This document shows, one piece after another, positions 12,131 to 22,053 of a stretch of DNA of 64,000 nucleotides. Each line of letters begins with the position of its first letter. The first letter of the stretch is position 1. The stretch lies in assembly GCA_003220315.1 (NCBI GenBank), contig QHSA01000145.1, positions 1,087-65,086 on the forward strand, given 5' to 3'. The DNA comes from Candidatus Rokuibacteriota bacterium (GTDB taxonomy: Bacteria; Methylomirabilota; Methylomirabilia; Rokubacteriales; CSP1-6). The position numbers and the translations under genes were made by a program. The notes under the pieces are model-generated. The model was not told where the DNA came from, did not search any database, and saw only the letters and a program-made list of their open reading frames with translations.

Positions 12131-13141
12131 TCACCCCTGATACGCGCGCGGGTTGTCTCCGCGCTGCGCTTTGAGCTTCTCGTAGAGGTCGCGTTCTCCT
12201 GGTGTCAGGTCGTTGGGCATCACGATCTTCACCGTGACGATCTGGTCTCCCGCCCCGCCCCCCTTGAGACGTGGCATCCCATAGCCAGGCAACCGGAACG
12301 CGCGGCCGCTCGAGGTGGCCGGGGGGATCCGCATCGACACGCGGCCCTTGAGCGTCGGGACCTCGATGGTCGTGCCCAGCGCGGCCTCCGGCGCCGTGAT
12401 GGGCACCGACACGTGGAGGTCGTCGCCCCGGCGCTCGAAGAGCGGGTGCGGTGACACCGTCACGGCGAGGTAGAGATCGCCGCGAGCTCCGGCGCCCCCG
12501 GCGCCCTCGCCGGAGACGCGCACCCGCTGGCCGCTCTTGACGCCCGCCGGGATCTTCACGTCGACCTGGCGGCGCGTACGCTGCCAGCCGCCGCCGTGGC
12601 ACGTCGCGCACGGCTGGCCCTTCACGTTGCCGGCACCCTGGCACGTCGGGCAGGGCTCGTCGAGGTCGAGCGCGAACGTCCGGTGCGTGCCGCTGAAGGC
12701 TTCCTCGAGCGTGATCTCGACGCTCGCCTGCACGTCCTGGCCACGACGGGGTCGACGCGCCCCGAACAGGTCCTCCGCGTCGAAGCCCGCGCGGCGCCCG
12801 CCGAGATCGCCGAACACCGAGCGGAAGAACTCGGAGAAGTCCCCGAGGTCGCCGAGATCTCCGCCGTACTGGACCCTGGAGCCGCCAGGTGCGCCGGGTC
12901 CGGGTTGGGCGTAGCGCTGCCAATCTGAGCCGAGTGTGTCGTAGCGCTGGCGCTTCTCCGGATCCGAGAGGACTTCGTACGCCTCGTTGATCTCTTTGAA
13001 CCGCTCGCCGGCGTCCTTCGTCTTGGCGACGTCGGGGTGATACTTGCGGGCGAGTCGCCGGTAGGCAGACTTGAGGGTCTTGTCGTCGGCGTTCCTGTCG
13101 ACACCGAGAATCCTGTAGTAGTCCTTGAATTCAACGCCCAT
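12131..13141 (-). CDS. J-domain co-chaperone (DnaJ/CbpA-like) with a reduced zinc-finger region (two CxxC instead of four).
   Basis: N-terminal J-domain with HPD (KYHPDV), G/F-rich region, CPTC...CATC motifs and DnaJ C-terminal domains. Confidence 0.85.
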   Translation of the reverse strand: MGVEFKDYYRILGVDRNADDKTLKSAYRRLARKYHPDVAKTKDAGERFKEINEAYEVLSDPEKRQRYDTLGSDWQRYAQPGPGAPGGSRVQYGGDLGDLGDFSEFFRSVFGDLGGRRAGFDAEDLFGARRPRRGQDVQASVEITLEEAFSGTHRTFALDLDEPCPTCQGAGNVKGQPCATCHGGGWQRTRRQVDVKIPAGVKSGQRVRVSGEGAGGAGARGDLYLAVTVSPHPLFERRGDDLHVSVPITAPEAALGTTIEVPTLKGRVSMRIPPATSSGRAFRLPGYGMPRLKGGGAGDQIVTVKIVMPNDLTPGERDLYEKLKAQRGDNPRAYQG

Positions 13142-13289
13142 GAGCCTCAGACCCTACAAAGAGTATAGCAGATGATTTTAGTGTGTCTCGCTCAGGCGGC
13201 GGATGGGATAGCCGACAGAGCGTTGCTGTAATTAATTGAAAAACAGGTAGTTTACCCAGTAAAGGCCAAGTCTTCAGCTCGCCCCAGAA
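13142..13289 (-). promoter_or_regulatory. AT-rich promoter island upstream of the DnaJ-like gene. Read on the minus strand it contains extended -10 TGcTATACT about 25 nt before the ATG and palindrome CTGTttttcAATTAATTacAG.
   Basis: 148 bp at roughly 45% GC in a 70% GC window. TATACT hexamer and AATTAATT-centred inverted repeat seen directly. Confidence 0.5.
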
Positions 13290-14777
13290 TCATCCTCGAC
13301 TAACCGTAAAGGCAACGTAGAGAGACATCTGGCCACGCTGGAGGAGGAAGGCAACCTGGTCGCCCTCCTTGACGTCGCGGGTGGCCCGCTCGAAGTCGGG
13401 GAGGCCTCGAACATTGGTGAGGACGTTCTGGCGCTTGATCTGCTTGACGACGTCACCACGCTGGATCCCGGCCTCGGCCGCCGCACTGCCCTCCTCGACA
13501 CGCGCGACGAGCACGCCCTCGGTCGACTTCAAGTTGAACCGCTGCGCGAGCTCGGGGGTGATGGGCCGCACCTCGAGTCCGAGCAGCGAACGCGGCCGCC
13601 CGGCCGGGCGCTCGCGCGCCTCGCGCTCGTCGGGCGCCTCGCTGACCTTGATCTCGACGGTCTTCTCGCTCTGGTCCCGCCAGACCTTCATCTTCGCGGA
13701 CTGGCCGGGCGAGAGCAGACCGACCGCGCGCTGCAGGTCCACCGGCCCTTCGAGCCTCTTGCCGTCGAACTCGACGAGCACGTCGCCGCGCTGGATTCCG
13801 GCCTTCGCCGCCGGGCTGTCGGGCACGATGTCGCTGACGAGCACGCCCCGGGCGTCCTTGACGCCGAACTCCCGCGCCAGCTCGGGCGTCAGCTGCTGGA
13901 TCTGGACGCCCAGCCAGCCGCGAGTCACGCGTCCCTTATCGAGCAGCTCCGTGTAGATCTTGCGGGCCATGTTCGACGGGATGGCGAAGCCGATGCCCGA
14001 GCCGCCGGCGACGATCGCCGTGTTGATGCCGATCACTTCGCCCTGCATGTTCACCAGCGGCCCACCGGAGTTGCCCGGGTTGATCGCGGCGTCGGTCTGG
14101 AGGAAATCGTCGAACGGCCCCTGGCCGATCTGGCGCGCCTTGGCGCTGATGATCCCCGCCGTCACGGTCGCCTGCAGGCCGAACGGCGATCCGACGGCGA
14201 GCACCCAATCGCCCACCTGGACCCGGTCCGAGTCGCCGACCTTCGCGGCCCGGAACGTGCCCTTGCCGTCGTCGAGCCGGAGCACGGCGAGGTCGGTCTT
14301 CCGGTCGAGCCCGACGACTTTCGCCTTGTGCTTGTTGCCGTCGAGCGTGATCACCTCGATGTCCGTCGCCCGCTCGACGACGTGCGCGTTGGTGAGGGCG
14401 ATCCCCTTGGGGTCCACGATGACGCCCGAGCCGAGGCTCCGCAGCGGGATGCGCTCGGGCAGCTCGCCGAAGAAGCGGCGGAAGAACTCCTCGCCGAAGA
14501 ACTCCTCGAACGGCGTGCGCCCCTGGAGGCCGGCGCCCCGCGACAGCGTGTTGATATTGATGACGGCCGGCTTGATCGCCTCCGCCACTGCGGCGAACGA
14601 CACGGTCGGCAGCGGCATCTGCACCGGCACGATGCGCGGCTGGGCCTGAGCCGTCGCGGCCGGCCCCGGCGTCTGTCCGGGCTCGATCCGGCCCTTGGCG
14701 AGGGCGCCCAGCGTGACGCCGATCAGTAGAGTGACCGCGACCACACCCAGGAACGTGTTCCGCCGGAGCTGCATCAT
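13290..14777 (-). CDS. htrA: Do-family serine endopeptidase DegP/HtrA (trypsin-like domain plus two PDZ domains).
   Basis: Signal/TM N-terminus, catalytic triad context (TNAHVV, D, GNSGGPLVN) and two PDZ-like repeats. Confidence 0.9.
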   Translation of the reverse strand: MMQLRRNTFLGVVAVTLLIGVTLGALAKGRIEPGQTPGPAATAQAQPRIVPVQMPLPTVSFAAVAEAIKPAVININTLSRGAGLQGRTPFEEFFGEEFFRRFFGELPERIPLRSLGSGVIVDPKGIALTNAHVVERATDIEVITLDGNKHKAKVVGLDRKTDLAVLRLDDGKGTFRAAKVGDSDRVQVGDWVLAVGSPFGLQATVTAGIISAKARQIGQGPFDDFLQTDAAINPGNSGGPLVNMQGEVIGINTAIVAGGSGIGFAIPSNMARKIYTELLDKGRVTRGWLGVQIQQLTPELAREFGVKDARGVLVSDIVPDSPAAKAGIQRGDVLVEFDGKRLEGPVDLQRAVGLLSPGQSAKMKVWRDQSEKTVEIKVSEAPDEREARERPAGRPRSLLGLEVRPITPELAQRFNLKSTEGVLVARVEEGSAAAEAGIQRGDVVKQIKRQNVLTNVRGLPDFERATRDVKEGDQVAFLLQRGQMSLYVAFTVSRG

Positions 14778-14793
14778 TGCTCCACTCTCCCCG

Positions 14794-16692
14794 TCACGCC
14801 ACGCCCTCGCCGGCCAGGGCGCGCCGCAGCGGCTCGCCTTCCAGCGTCTCCAAGCGCTTGAGCTCTTGCGCCGCGGCCACGAGCACCGCCTTCTTGGCCG
14901 TGAGGATGCCGCGCACGCGGTCGTGGGTCCGGTCGAGGATCGCGCGGACCTCTTCGTCGATCGTCCGCGCCGTCTCCTCGCTGTAGTCGCGCTCGCCCAT
15001 CCCCGTGCCCTTGAGGAAGAGCGGCGTGCGCTCGCCGAACGTCGCCAGCCCCACGCGCTCGGACATCCCGTACTTCGTGACCATCAGGCGGGCGATCTCC
15101 GTCGCGCGCTCGAGGTCGTTGTGCGCGCCCGTCGAGACCTCACCGTAGACGAGCTCCTCGGCCACACGGCCGCCGAGGAGCACCGCGATCCGGTCCTCGA
15201 GCTCCCGACGCGTCATGAGGAAGCGGTCCGCGGTCGGCAGCTGGTAGGTCATCCCGAGCGCGGCGACCCCGCGCGGGATGATCGTCACCTTGTGCACCGG
15301 GTCGGCGTTGACGACCGACGAGGCCACGAGTGCGTGTCCCATCTCGTGGTGGGCGACGATGTCGCGCTCTTTCTCCGAGAGCACCCGACTCTTCTTTTCG
15401 AGTCCCGCGACGACGCGATCGATCGCTTCTTCGAAGTCGGCCATGCCCACGGCGTCCTTCTCCTTCCGCGCCGCGAGCAGCGCCGCTTCGTTGACGATGT
15501 TGGCGAGGTCCGCGCCCGCGAAGCCAGGCGTCCGGGCGGCGATCACGCCCAGGTCGACGCTCGGCGCCAGGACGACGTTGCGGGCGTGCAATCTCAAGAT
15601 CGCCTCCCGGCCGCGGATGTCCGGCTTGTCCACGACCACCTGACGGTCGAAGCGGCCCGGACGCAGGAGGGCCAGATCGAGGACCTCGGGGCGGTTCGTC
15701 GCGGCCATGATGATGACACCCTTGGACGAGTCGAAGCCGTCCATCTCCGCGAGCAGTTGGTTCAGGGTCTGCTCGCGCTCGTCGTGGCCGCCGACGAACC
15801 CGGTCGCCCCCGCCCGCGACTTGCCGATCGCGTCGAGCTCGTCGATGAAGATGATGCACGGCGCCTTGTCTTTCGCCTGCTCGAACAGGTCGCGCACGCG
15901 CGCGGCGCCGACACCGACGAACATCTCGACGAACTCCGAGCCGGAGAGCGTGAAGAACGGCACGTCGGCCTCGCCCGCCACCGCGCGCGCCAGGAGCGTC
16001 TTTCCCGTGCCCGGCGGACCGACGAGGAGGACGCCCTTCGGGATACGACCGCCGAGGCGCTGGTACTTCTTCGGATTCTGGAGGAAGTCGACGATCTCGA
16101 CCAGCTCGGCCTTCGCCTCGTCGACGCCCGCCACGTCGGCGAACGTCGTCTTCAGCTCCTTCCGGTCGTAGATCTTGTGCTTGGAGCGGCCGAACGACAA
16201 CGCCTGCGTCGGCCCGCCGCCCACCCGGCGCATCAGGAACATCCAGATCGCGACCATGACGCCGAGCGGGAGGACCCAGCCGAAGAAGAGGTCGCGCAGG
16301 AACGTCGACTCGATCTTGCCCGTGAACTCAACCCGGTGCGCCTCGAGCTCGGTGATGAGCCGCCCATCGTCGATGCCGGGAATTCGGGTGACGGTGAAGA
16401 CGCGGACCTCGGAGCTCGAGCCGAGCAGCTCGCGGAGCCGGTCCCGGGCGCCGCCGGGCGCGGTCGGCAGGGCGTCGGGCTTCGCGACCCCCCGGACCTC
16501 GCGGTCGGTGATCGCCACACGCTCGATCTTGTCGGCCCGCAGCAGCTCGAGGAACTGCGACATCGACAGCTCCACGGTCCGGGGCGCCAGGAGCCAGGAC
16601 TGGAGGAACGACAGCACGACCATCGTGACGAGCAGGTACGCGAGTGTGAACTGGAAGCGCTGGGACAGCTGCGGCTTCATCGAGGGCCTCAA
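14794..16692 (-). CDS. ftsH: ATP-dependent zinc metalloprotease FtsH.
   Basis: Two N-terminal TM helices, AAA Walker [12 protein letters not shown] region and zinc-binding HEMGH. Confidence 0.95.
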   Translation of the reverse strand: MRPSMKPQLSQRFQFTLAYLLVTMVVLSFLQSWLLAPRTVELSMSQFLELLRADKIERVAITDREVRGVAKPDALPTAPGGARDRLRELLGSSSEVRVFTVTRIPGIDDGRLITELEAHRVEFTGKIESTFLRDLFFGWVLPLGVMVAIWMFLMRRVGGGPTQALSFGRSKHKIYDRKELKTTFADVAGVDEAKAELVEIVDFLQNPKKYQRLGGRIPKGVLLVGPPGTGKTLLARAVAGEADVPFFTLSGSEFVEMFVGVGAARVRDLFEQAKDKAPCIIFIDELDAIGKSRAGATGFVGGHDEREQTLNQLLAEMDGFDSSKGVIIMAATNRPEVLDLALLRPGRFDRQVVVDKPDIRGREAILRLHARNVVLAPSVDLGVIAARTPGFAGADLANIVNEAALLAARKEKDAVGMADFEEAIDRVVAGLEKKSRVLSEKERDIVAHHEMGHALVASSVVNADPVHKVTIIPRGVAALGMTYQLPTADRFLMTRRELEDRIAVLLGGRVAEELVYGEVSTGAHNDLERATEIARLMVTKYGMSERVGLATFGERTPLFLKGTGMGERDYSEETARTIDEEVRAILDRTHDRVRGILTAKKAVLVAAAQELKRLETLEGEPLRRALAGEGVA

Positions 16693-16847
16693 AGGGTGAT
16701 GCTAGCCTCGGGGATGCAGTGTGTCAAACGCGCGCGGGCGCTTTTCTCCTTGACACTCCAACCGCTTTGACCTAAAAGTTGGCGCTGATCGGGCCTGTGA
16801 ATTCGCGAACAAGCGCATCGAGAGCTTAGGGTCGGCCAACGTCGCTG
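16693..16847. promoter_or_regulatory. Divergent intergenic region (ftsH vs CydA-like gene) with a TTGACA-N17-TAAAAG candidate promoter on the plus strand.
   Basis: TTGACA at about 16749 seen in sequence; the -10 is weak. Confidence 0.3.
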
Positions 16848-18656
16848 TTGAGCTCTAATCCGGGAGCCAGGGTGAGGGGTCTCCACGTGGTCCGGCAGGC
16901 CGTCCGGGCGGCCGTGCCGGTGGCGGCTCTGCTGCTCGCGGCGACCGCGCTGCCGGCCGCGGCCCAGGAGGCGGCCAGGGAGCCCGCGTACCGGGCCTTC
17001 CCGTTGATCGGCTCTCGGCTCGCCGTCTGGGCGATCGCGCAGCTCCACCTGAACTTCGCGGCCTTCATCCTCGGCGTGCCGATCTTCGCGGTGATCATCG
17101 AGATCATCGGGTGGCGCACGGGTGCCCCGCGCTACGACTGGCTCTCCCACGAGTTCGTCAAGCTCATCTTCGCCGCCTTCTCGACGACCGCGCTCCTGGG
17201 CGCGTTCCTCCTGTTCCTGTTCGTCGGCTACTACCCGAAGTTTTGGGCGTACATGACGTCGATCTTCTTCCCGACGTACTGGATCTACGCGCTCCTCTTC
17301 TTCGCCGAGACGTTCACGGTCTACCTCTGGTACTACGGCTGGGAATGGCTCAGCGGACCGCGGAAGTGGGTCCACGTCAGCCTGGGCGTCCTCTCGAACC
17401 TGTTCGGCACGGCGATCCTCCTCATCGGGAATTCCTGGGTCACCTTCATGATGTCGCCCGCCGGCGTCACCGAGACGGGCGCGCTCAAGGGGTCGGTCTG
17501 GGCGGCGATCAACAACTCCACGTGGATGCCGATCAACATCCACCGGTTGATCGCCAACATCGTCTTCGGTGGCACGATCGCCGCGGCGTACGCCGCGTTC
17601 CGCTTCCTCAACGCGACGACCGACGAGGAGCGCGCGCGCTACGACTGGATGGGCTACGTCGGCAACTTCGTCGCGCTCTCGGCGTTCATCGTCCTGCCCT
17701 TCGCCGGCTACTGGCTCGGCCGCGAGATCTACGCCTTCAACCAGACGATGGGCATCACGATGATGGGCGGGTTCATGTCGTGGCTCTGGATCATCCAGGC
17801 CATCCTGATCGGCGTCCTCTTCCTCGGCTCGAACTACTACCTCTGGCTCGGGATGGAGCGGATCCCCGGCTCCGAGCGCTACCGGAAGTACGTGCCCTAC
17901 ATGCTGACGATCCTGGCGATCGGCTTCATGGTGTGGGCGACGCCGCACAGCCTGATCGTGACCCTCGAGGAGGCCCGGGCGATGGGCGGCACGCACCATC
18001 CCTTCCTCGGCTTCTTCGGCGTCATGTCGGCCAAGAACACGGCCGTGAACCTCATGATCCTCACGACGTTCCTCTCGTACGTCCTGTACCGCCGGGCCAA
18101 CCGGCTCTCGATCCGGCCCTGGGTGGTGATCGGGATGGCGATCCAGTGGGCGGCCTTCGCCGTCGCCGCGGCGATCGTCGTCTTCTACGGGGTGTACGGC
18201 TATTTCGTCGAGTCGATCGTGCGGATCGGGTTCTCCGTCTACCAGGTGGGCGCGGTCCTCGGCGCGATCGTTCTGGTGATGACGATCGACGTCCCGATGT
18301 TTCGCGGCGCCAAGTCCACCGGCGCGATCCGATGGGGCAGCATCCCGGCGCGCTCGCAGTACGTGCTGATCCTGCTCGCCGTCACCTTCACCTGGCTCAT
18401 GGGGCTCATGGGCTTCGCGCGCTCGGGCATCCGGCAGTACTGGCACGTCTACGGCATCCTGCGCGACACGTCGGTTGACGCGGTGACGCCGGCGCTCGGC
18501 TACGCGGCCAACATGATCACGACCGTCACCATCGTCTTCTTCGCGCTGGTGATGTTCATCTTCTGGCTCGGCGGCCTCTCCGAGAAGGGCAAGCCGGGAG
18601 CGCACGGCGCGGCGGCGATGCCGGTGATCGCCGGCGGGAGCGAGGATCCTCGCTAG
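16848..18656 (+). CDS. Cytochrome bd superfamily CydA-like protein (orphan subunit I homolog with N-terminal signal/anchor extension, no adjacent cydB, short Q-loop).
   Basis: Alignable with E. coli CydA helices 1-5: the His19 equivalent in AQLHLNF, the Glu99 equivalent in FAETF, GWEWL matching GWDRL, NSWVTFMMSP matching NGWMQNPIAS, and the His186 equivalent in NIHRL. Confidence 0.75.
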   Translation: MSSNPGARVRGLHVVRQAVRAAVPVAALLLAATALPAAAQEAAREPAYRAFPLIGSRLAVWAIAQLHLNFAAFILGVPIFAVIIEIIGWRTGAPRYDWLSHEFVKLIFAAFSTTALLGAFLLFLFVGYYPKFWAYMTSIFFPTYWIYALLFFAETFTVYLWYYGWEWLSGPRKWVHVSLGVLSNLFGTAILLIGNSWVTFMMSPAGVTETGALKGSVWAAINNSTWMPINIHRLIANIVFGGTIAAAYAAFRFLNATTDEERARYDWMGYVGNFVALSAFIVLPFAGYWLGREIYAFNQTMGITMMGGFMSWLWIIQAILIGVLFLGSNYYLWLGMERIPGSERYRKYVPYMLTILAIGFMVWATPHSLIVTLEEARAMGGTHHPFLGFFGVMSAKNTAVNLMILTTFLSYVLYRRANRLSIRPWVVIGMAIQWAAFAVAAAIVVFYGVYGYFVESIVRIGFSVYQVGAVLGAIVLVMTIDVPMFRGAKSTGAIRWGSIPARSQYVLILLAVTFTWLMGLMGFARSGIRQYWHVYGILRDTSVDAVTPALGYAANMITTVTIVFFALVMFIFWLGGLSEKGKPGAHGAAAMPVIAGGSEDPR

Positions 18657-18906
18657 TGTCCCGTCTGAAAAGTCATGTTAACGACTGCCGCGCTCGCGCC
18701 GCGCAGCGGCCGACGGGCAGGTGCGGCAGGGGTCGACGGGACCCGTTCCCGCCCGTGGGCGACGGACACCGTGTCCCCAAATGGAGCCCAGCCGCAACGG
18801 GGCAGCGCACGCGTGCCGCGTGGTCCCGCGATCCCTGCCGCGCGTGCCCGTCGGCCCCGGCGCCGTGCGCTGGCGGGCGCTCAACATGACTTCGAGGACG
18901 GGACAC
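18656..18906. repeat. About 250-bp intergenic element bounded by 24-nt terminal inverted repeats (GTGTCCCGTC-tgaaa-AGTCATGTT ... AACATGACT-tcgag-GACGGGACAC); MITE-like or structured RNA.
   Basis: Arms seen directly, starting at the last base of the CydA-like stop codon and ending 5 nt before the downstream ATG. Internal palindrome GGACACcGTGTCC. Confidence 0.45.
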
Positions 18907-18911
18907 TAGCG

Positions 18912-19709
18912 ATGCGTGTTCCAGTCGGGCTCAAGCTCAGCGTCTTCTCGCTGGCCGTCATGGGCGTGTACACGTACTTCGCCAACTCGATCCCCCAGAT
19001 CGAGTCCAAGCCCCCCGAGGAGCTCTCGCTGGAGGGTGGCAACGTCACGCCGGCGCAGCTGGTCAAGGCGGGCGAGCAGATCTTCCACACGAAGGGGACC
19101 TGCGAGGTCTGCCACAAGATCGGCGAGAAGGGCACGCGCGCCCCCGATCTCGCCGGGGTCGGCGCCCGCGCCGCCAAGCGCAAGCCCGGCCAGAGCGCCA
19201 AGCAGTATCTGATCGAATCGCTCCTCGATCCCGGCGCCTACCTCGTCGAGGGGTATCCGAACATCATGCCGCGCGTCGACAAGCCGCCGATCGGGCTCAA
19301 CCGATCCGAGCTCTGGGCGGTGGTGGCCTTGCTCGAGTCGCTCGGGGGCAGCGTCGACGTCAAGCTCGATGACATTCCCAAGACCGCCGGGGCCCCGGCG
19401 GTCGGTGGGACGGCGGCCGAGCTCAAGCTGCCCGGCGACCCGAAAGCGGGCGAAGCGGTGTTCGCCGGCAAGGGGGCGTGCATCGCCTGTCACAAGGCGG
19501 GCAAGGTCGGCGCCGCGCAGGTCGGGCCCGATCTGTCGCAGATCGCGCGGATCCAGACGCCCGAGTACATCATGGGCAAGATCCTGAACCCCTCGGCGAT
19601 GGGCACCGTGGCGGGCTACCCGAAAGGCGTCATGCCACCGATCTTCGGCCAGACCCTGACGGCGAAGGAGTACGTGGACCTCGTCTCCTTCCTGCTGACC
19701 CTCAAATGA
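18912..19709 (+). CDS. Membrane-anchored dihaem c-type cytochrome.
   Basis: N-terminal TM helix and two CxxCH motifs (CEVCH, CIACH). Confidence 0.8.
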   Translation: MRVPVGLKLSVFSLAVMGVYTYFANSIPQIESKPPEELSLEGGNVTPAQLVKAGEQIFHTKGTCEVCHKIGEKGTRAPDLAGVGARAAKRKPGQSAKQYLIESLLDPGAYLVEGYPNIMPRVDKPPIGLNRSELWAVVALLESLGGSVDVKLDDIPKTAGAPAVGGTAAELKLPGDPKAGEAVFAGKGACIACHKAGKVGAAQVGPDLSQIARIQTPEYIMGKILNPSAMGTVAGYPKGVMPPIFGQTLTAKEYVDLVSFLLTLK

Positions 19710-19716
19710 CGCCGGC

Positions 19717-20469
19717 ATGAGCGTCCTCCGCTCGCGCTTCGTCCAGGCCGTCGTCATCCTCGTCGGCGCCTTCCTGGCGCTGCGCTTTGGCATCCGTCCG
19801 CCGGCGCCCTGGAGCGTGATCCAGATCTACATGGCGGTGGTGTTCCTGGCGGTGCTTATCTTCGTCTCCTCCGACACGGACTCGTGGCGCTCCTTCGTGA
19901 ACCCGATGCGCGCCGCGCTGGTCGACCCGAGCCAGCGGCCAGTGCGCATCGTGCTCGCGGTCGCGCTGCCGATCCTGCTCGGCTACTACGCCTACACGCA
20001 GGCGGCGGCCAGGCCGCAGGCGCCCGCCGAGCTGCGCGCGGTGCATCCGGCGCCGCCGGGCTCGATCCAGTTCCGGGGCAAGGAGATCAACATCGCGGGC
20101 GTCGACAACCCGCTCCGCAAGGACGTGGCGACCTTCAAGAGGAACGTCGCGGCGGGCGGCGAGATCTACGTTCGGAGCTGCATGTTCTGCCACGGCGACA
20201 ATCTCGACGGCCACGGGCTCTTCGCCTCCGCGCTGAACCCGCCGCCGGCGAATTTCGAGGACCCCGGGACGATCGCGATGCTGCAGGAGTCGTACCTCTT
20301 CTGGCGGATCGCCAAGGGCGGGCCGGGGTTGCCCAGGGAATCGACGCCGTGGAACTCGGCGATGCCGGCGTGGGAGGATCGCCTGACCGAAGAGCAGATC
20401 TGGCAGGTCATCGCCTATCTGTACGACGCGACCGGCCAGGAGCCGCGGCGCTGGGAGACGGCGCACTGA
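19717..20469 (+). CDS. Membrane-bound monohaem c-type cytochrome (two N-terminal TM helices plus class-I cytochrome c domain).
   Basis: One CxxCH (CMFCH) with a downstream Met ligand context. Confidence 0.8.
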   Translation: MSVLRSRFVQAVVILVGAFLALRFGIRPPAPWSVIQIYMAVVFLAVLIFVSSDTDSWRSFVNPMRAALVDPSQRPVRIVLAVALPILLGYYAYTQAAARPQAPAELRAVHPAPPGSIQFRGKEINIAGVDNPLRKDVATFKRNVAAGGEIYVRSCMFCHGDNLDGHGLFASALNPPPANFEDPGTIAMLQESYLFWRIAKGGPGLPRESTPWNSAMPAWEDRLTEEQIWQVIAYLYDATGQEPRRWETAH

Positions 20470-21926
20470 TGCGTGCGATCGTCCTGGTCGGCGCGCTCGC
20501 GAGCGCCGTCTTCCTGTTCGCGAGCGCTTCACCAGCGGGGGCGCAGGCAGGGGATGCCCAGGCGGGGAGGGCCGTGTACGAGAGGAAGTGTGCGCTGTGC
20601 CACGGGGAGAAGGGCGACGGCAAGGGGCCGGGCGCCGACCTCCTCGACCCGCGGCCGCGCGATTTCACCACGGGGATCTACAAGATCCGCACCACGGTGA
20701 ACAAGACGCCGACCGACCGGGACCTCTTCGACGTGATCACCCGCGGCATGCCTGGCACGTTCATGCCCGCGTGGGACGTCCTGCCCGAGAAGGACCGCTG
20801 GAACCTGGTCGCCTACCTCAAGGCGTTCGCCGCGGACAAGTTCAAGGAGGCGCCGAAGAAGCAAGAGCTGCCGAAGGAGGTCGCCTCGTCGCCGGAGTCG
20901 ATCAGGCGGGGCAAGGAGATGTACGAGGCAATCGAGTGCAACAAGTGCCACGGCGCCGAGGGCCGGGCCGACGGCCCTTCGCGCCCCGAGCTCAAGGACG
21001 AGTGGGGACATCCGATCCGGCCCGCGAACCTGACAAAGCGTTGGACCTTCCGCGGCGGAGGCGGCCGCGCGGAGATCGCGATGCGGCTCACGACCGGCGT
21101 GCTGGGCACGCCCATGCCGTCGTTCATCGACTCGGTGGAGAAGCCCGACGACATCTGGCACCTGGCGAACTACCTCGCGTCCCTCGGGCCCGAGTCGCCC
21201 CACTACGCGACGCTCCTGACCGCCGAGGCGGTGAACGGCGACATCCCGGCCGATCCCGTCGCGGAGTTCTGGAAGCGGATGGCGCCCCAGAACATTCCCC
21301 TGGTGGGGCAGGTGACCATCGACCCACGGAACTTCAACCCCTCCATCGACATGGTGGCGCTGCGGGCGGCGTGGAACGACAAGGAGGTCGCCTTCCACGT
21401 GACCTGGGACGACCCGACGCAGTCGGGGGCGGACGCCGCGAAGAAGGCCTCTCCCGACGTCGTCTCGCTCCAGTTCCCCCAGAAGGTCGCGGAGGGCGCG
21501 GACCGCCCGTACTTCCTCATGGGCGGAGACGCGGACGCCGTGTATCTGCTGCGGTGGGAGAACGGCAAGGGCGCGACCGAGGCGAGCGCGAACGGGCCGA
21601 CCCGGATCGTGCCGCTCGCAGGCGGCGAGGTGACGGGCCAGGCCGCGTACGCGAACGGCCAGTATCGGCTCGTCCTCAAGCGGCCGCTCGTGTCCAAGGG
21701 CCCCGACCGGCCCACGTTCCAGCCGGCGGTCTTCCTGCCGATCGCGTTCCAGGCTTGGGACGGCGGCGCGGGGGAGACCGGGGCCAAGATGTCGCTGACC
21801 TCGTGGTACTATCTGCGGCTGGAGGAGCCTCAATCGAGCCGCCGTTTCGTCGTTCCTCCGGTCGTGGCGATCCTCACGTTCGCGGCGATGCTGCTCGTGG
21901 TTCGCGTCGCGAACAGACGCGCGTAA
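20469..21926 (+). CDS. Dihaem c-type cytochrome with a roughly 300-aa C-terminal beta-rich domain and C-terminal TM anchor.
   Basis: Signal peptide, CALCH and CNKCH motifs. ATG overlaps the upstream stop (TGATG). Confidence 0.8.
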   Translation: MRAIVLVGALASAVFLFASASPAGAQAGDAQAGRAVYERKCALCHGEKGDGKGPGADLLDPRPRDFTTGIYKIRTTVNKTPTDRDLFDVITRGMPGTFMPAWDVLPEKDRWNLVAYLKAFAADKFKEAPKKQELPKEVASSPESIRRGKEMYEAIECNKCHGAEGRADGPSRPELKDEWGHPIRPANLTKRWTFRGGGGRAEIAMRLTTGVLGTPMPSFIDSVEKPDDIWHLANYLASLGPESPHYATLLTAEAVNGDIPADPVAEFWKRMAPQNIPLVGQVTIDPRNFNPSIDMVALRAAWNDKEVAFHVTWDDPTQSGADAAKKASPDVVSLQFPQKVAEGADRPYFLMGGDADAVYLLRWENGKGATEASANGPTRIVPLAGGEVTGQAAYANGQYRLVLKRPLVSKGPDRPTFQPAVFLPIAFQAWDGGAGETGAKMSLTSWYYLRLEEPQSSRRFVVPPVVAILTFAAMLLVVRVANRRA

Positions 21927-21941
21927 CCTCGCGGAGGATGG

Positions 21942-22023
21942 TAGTGCGAGCCGAGCGGCGGCCGCGGAGGCTCGGCGACGCGCGCCGCGAGGCGAGTCTG
22001 AGAACCCAGTAGTGCGAGCCGAG
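21942..22023 (+). promoter_or_regulatory. Direct repeat TAGTGCGAGCCGAG x2 (68 bp apart) flanking a GCCGAGC...GCTCGGC hairpin upstream of the cupredoxin-like gene; candidate operator/terminator region.
   Basis: Repeats at 21942..21955 and 22010..22023 seen directly. An AAGGAG Shine-Dalgarno sits 7 nt before ATG 22054. Confidence 0.3.
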
Positions 22024-22053
22024 GCGAGCGGACGAAGAAAAGGAGTCAGAGCA

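Noticed and set aside
13142-13289. CIRCE (HrcA) or HAIR (HspR) heat-shock operator upstream of the DnaJ-like gene / clpB.
   Set aside because: Neither TTAGCACTC-N9-GAGTGCTAA nor CTTGAGT-N7-ACTCAAG is present. Only a different palindrome (AATTAATT-centred) is there.
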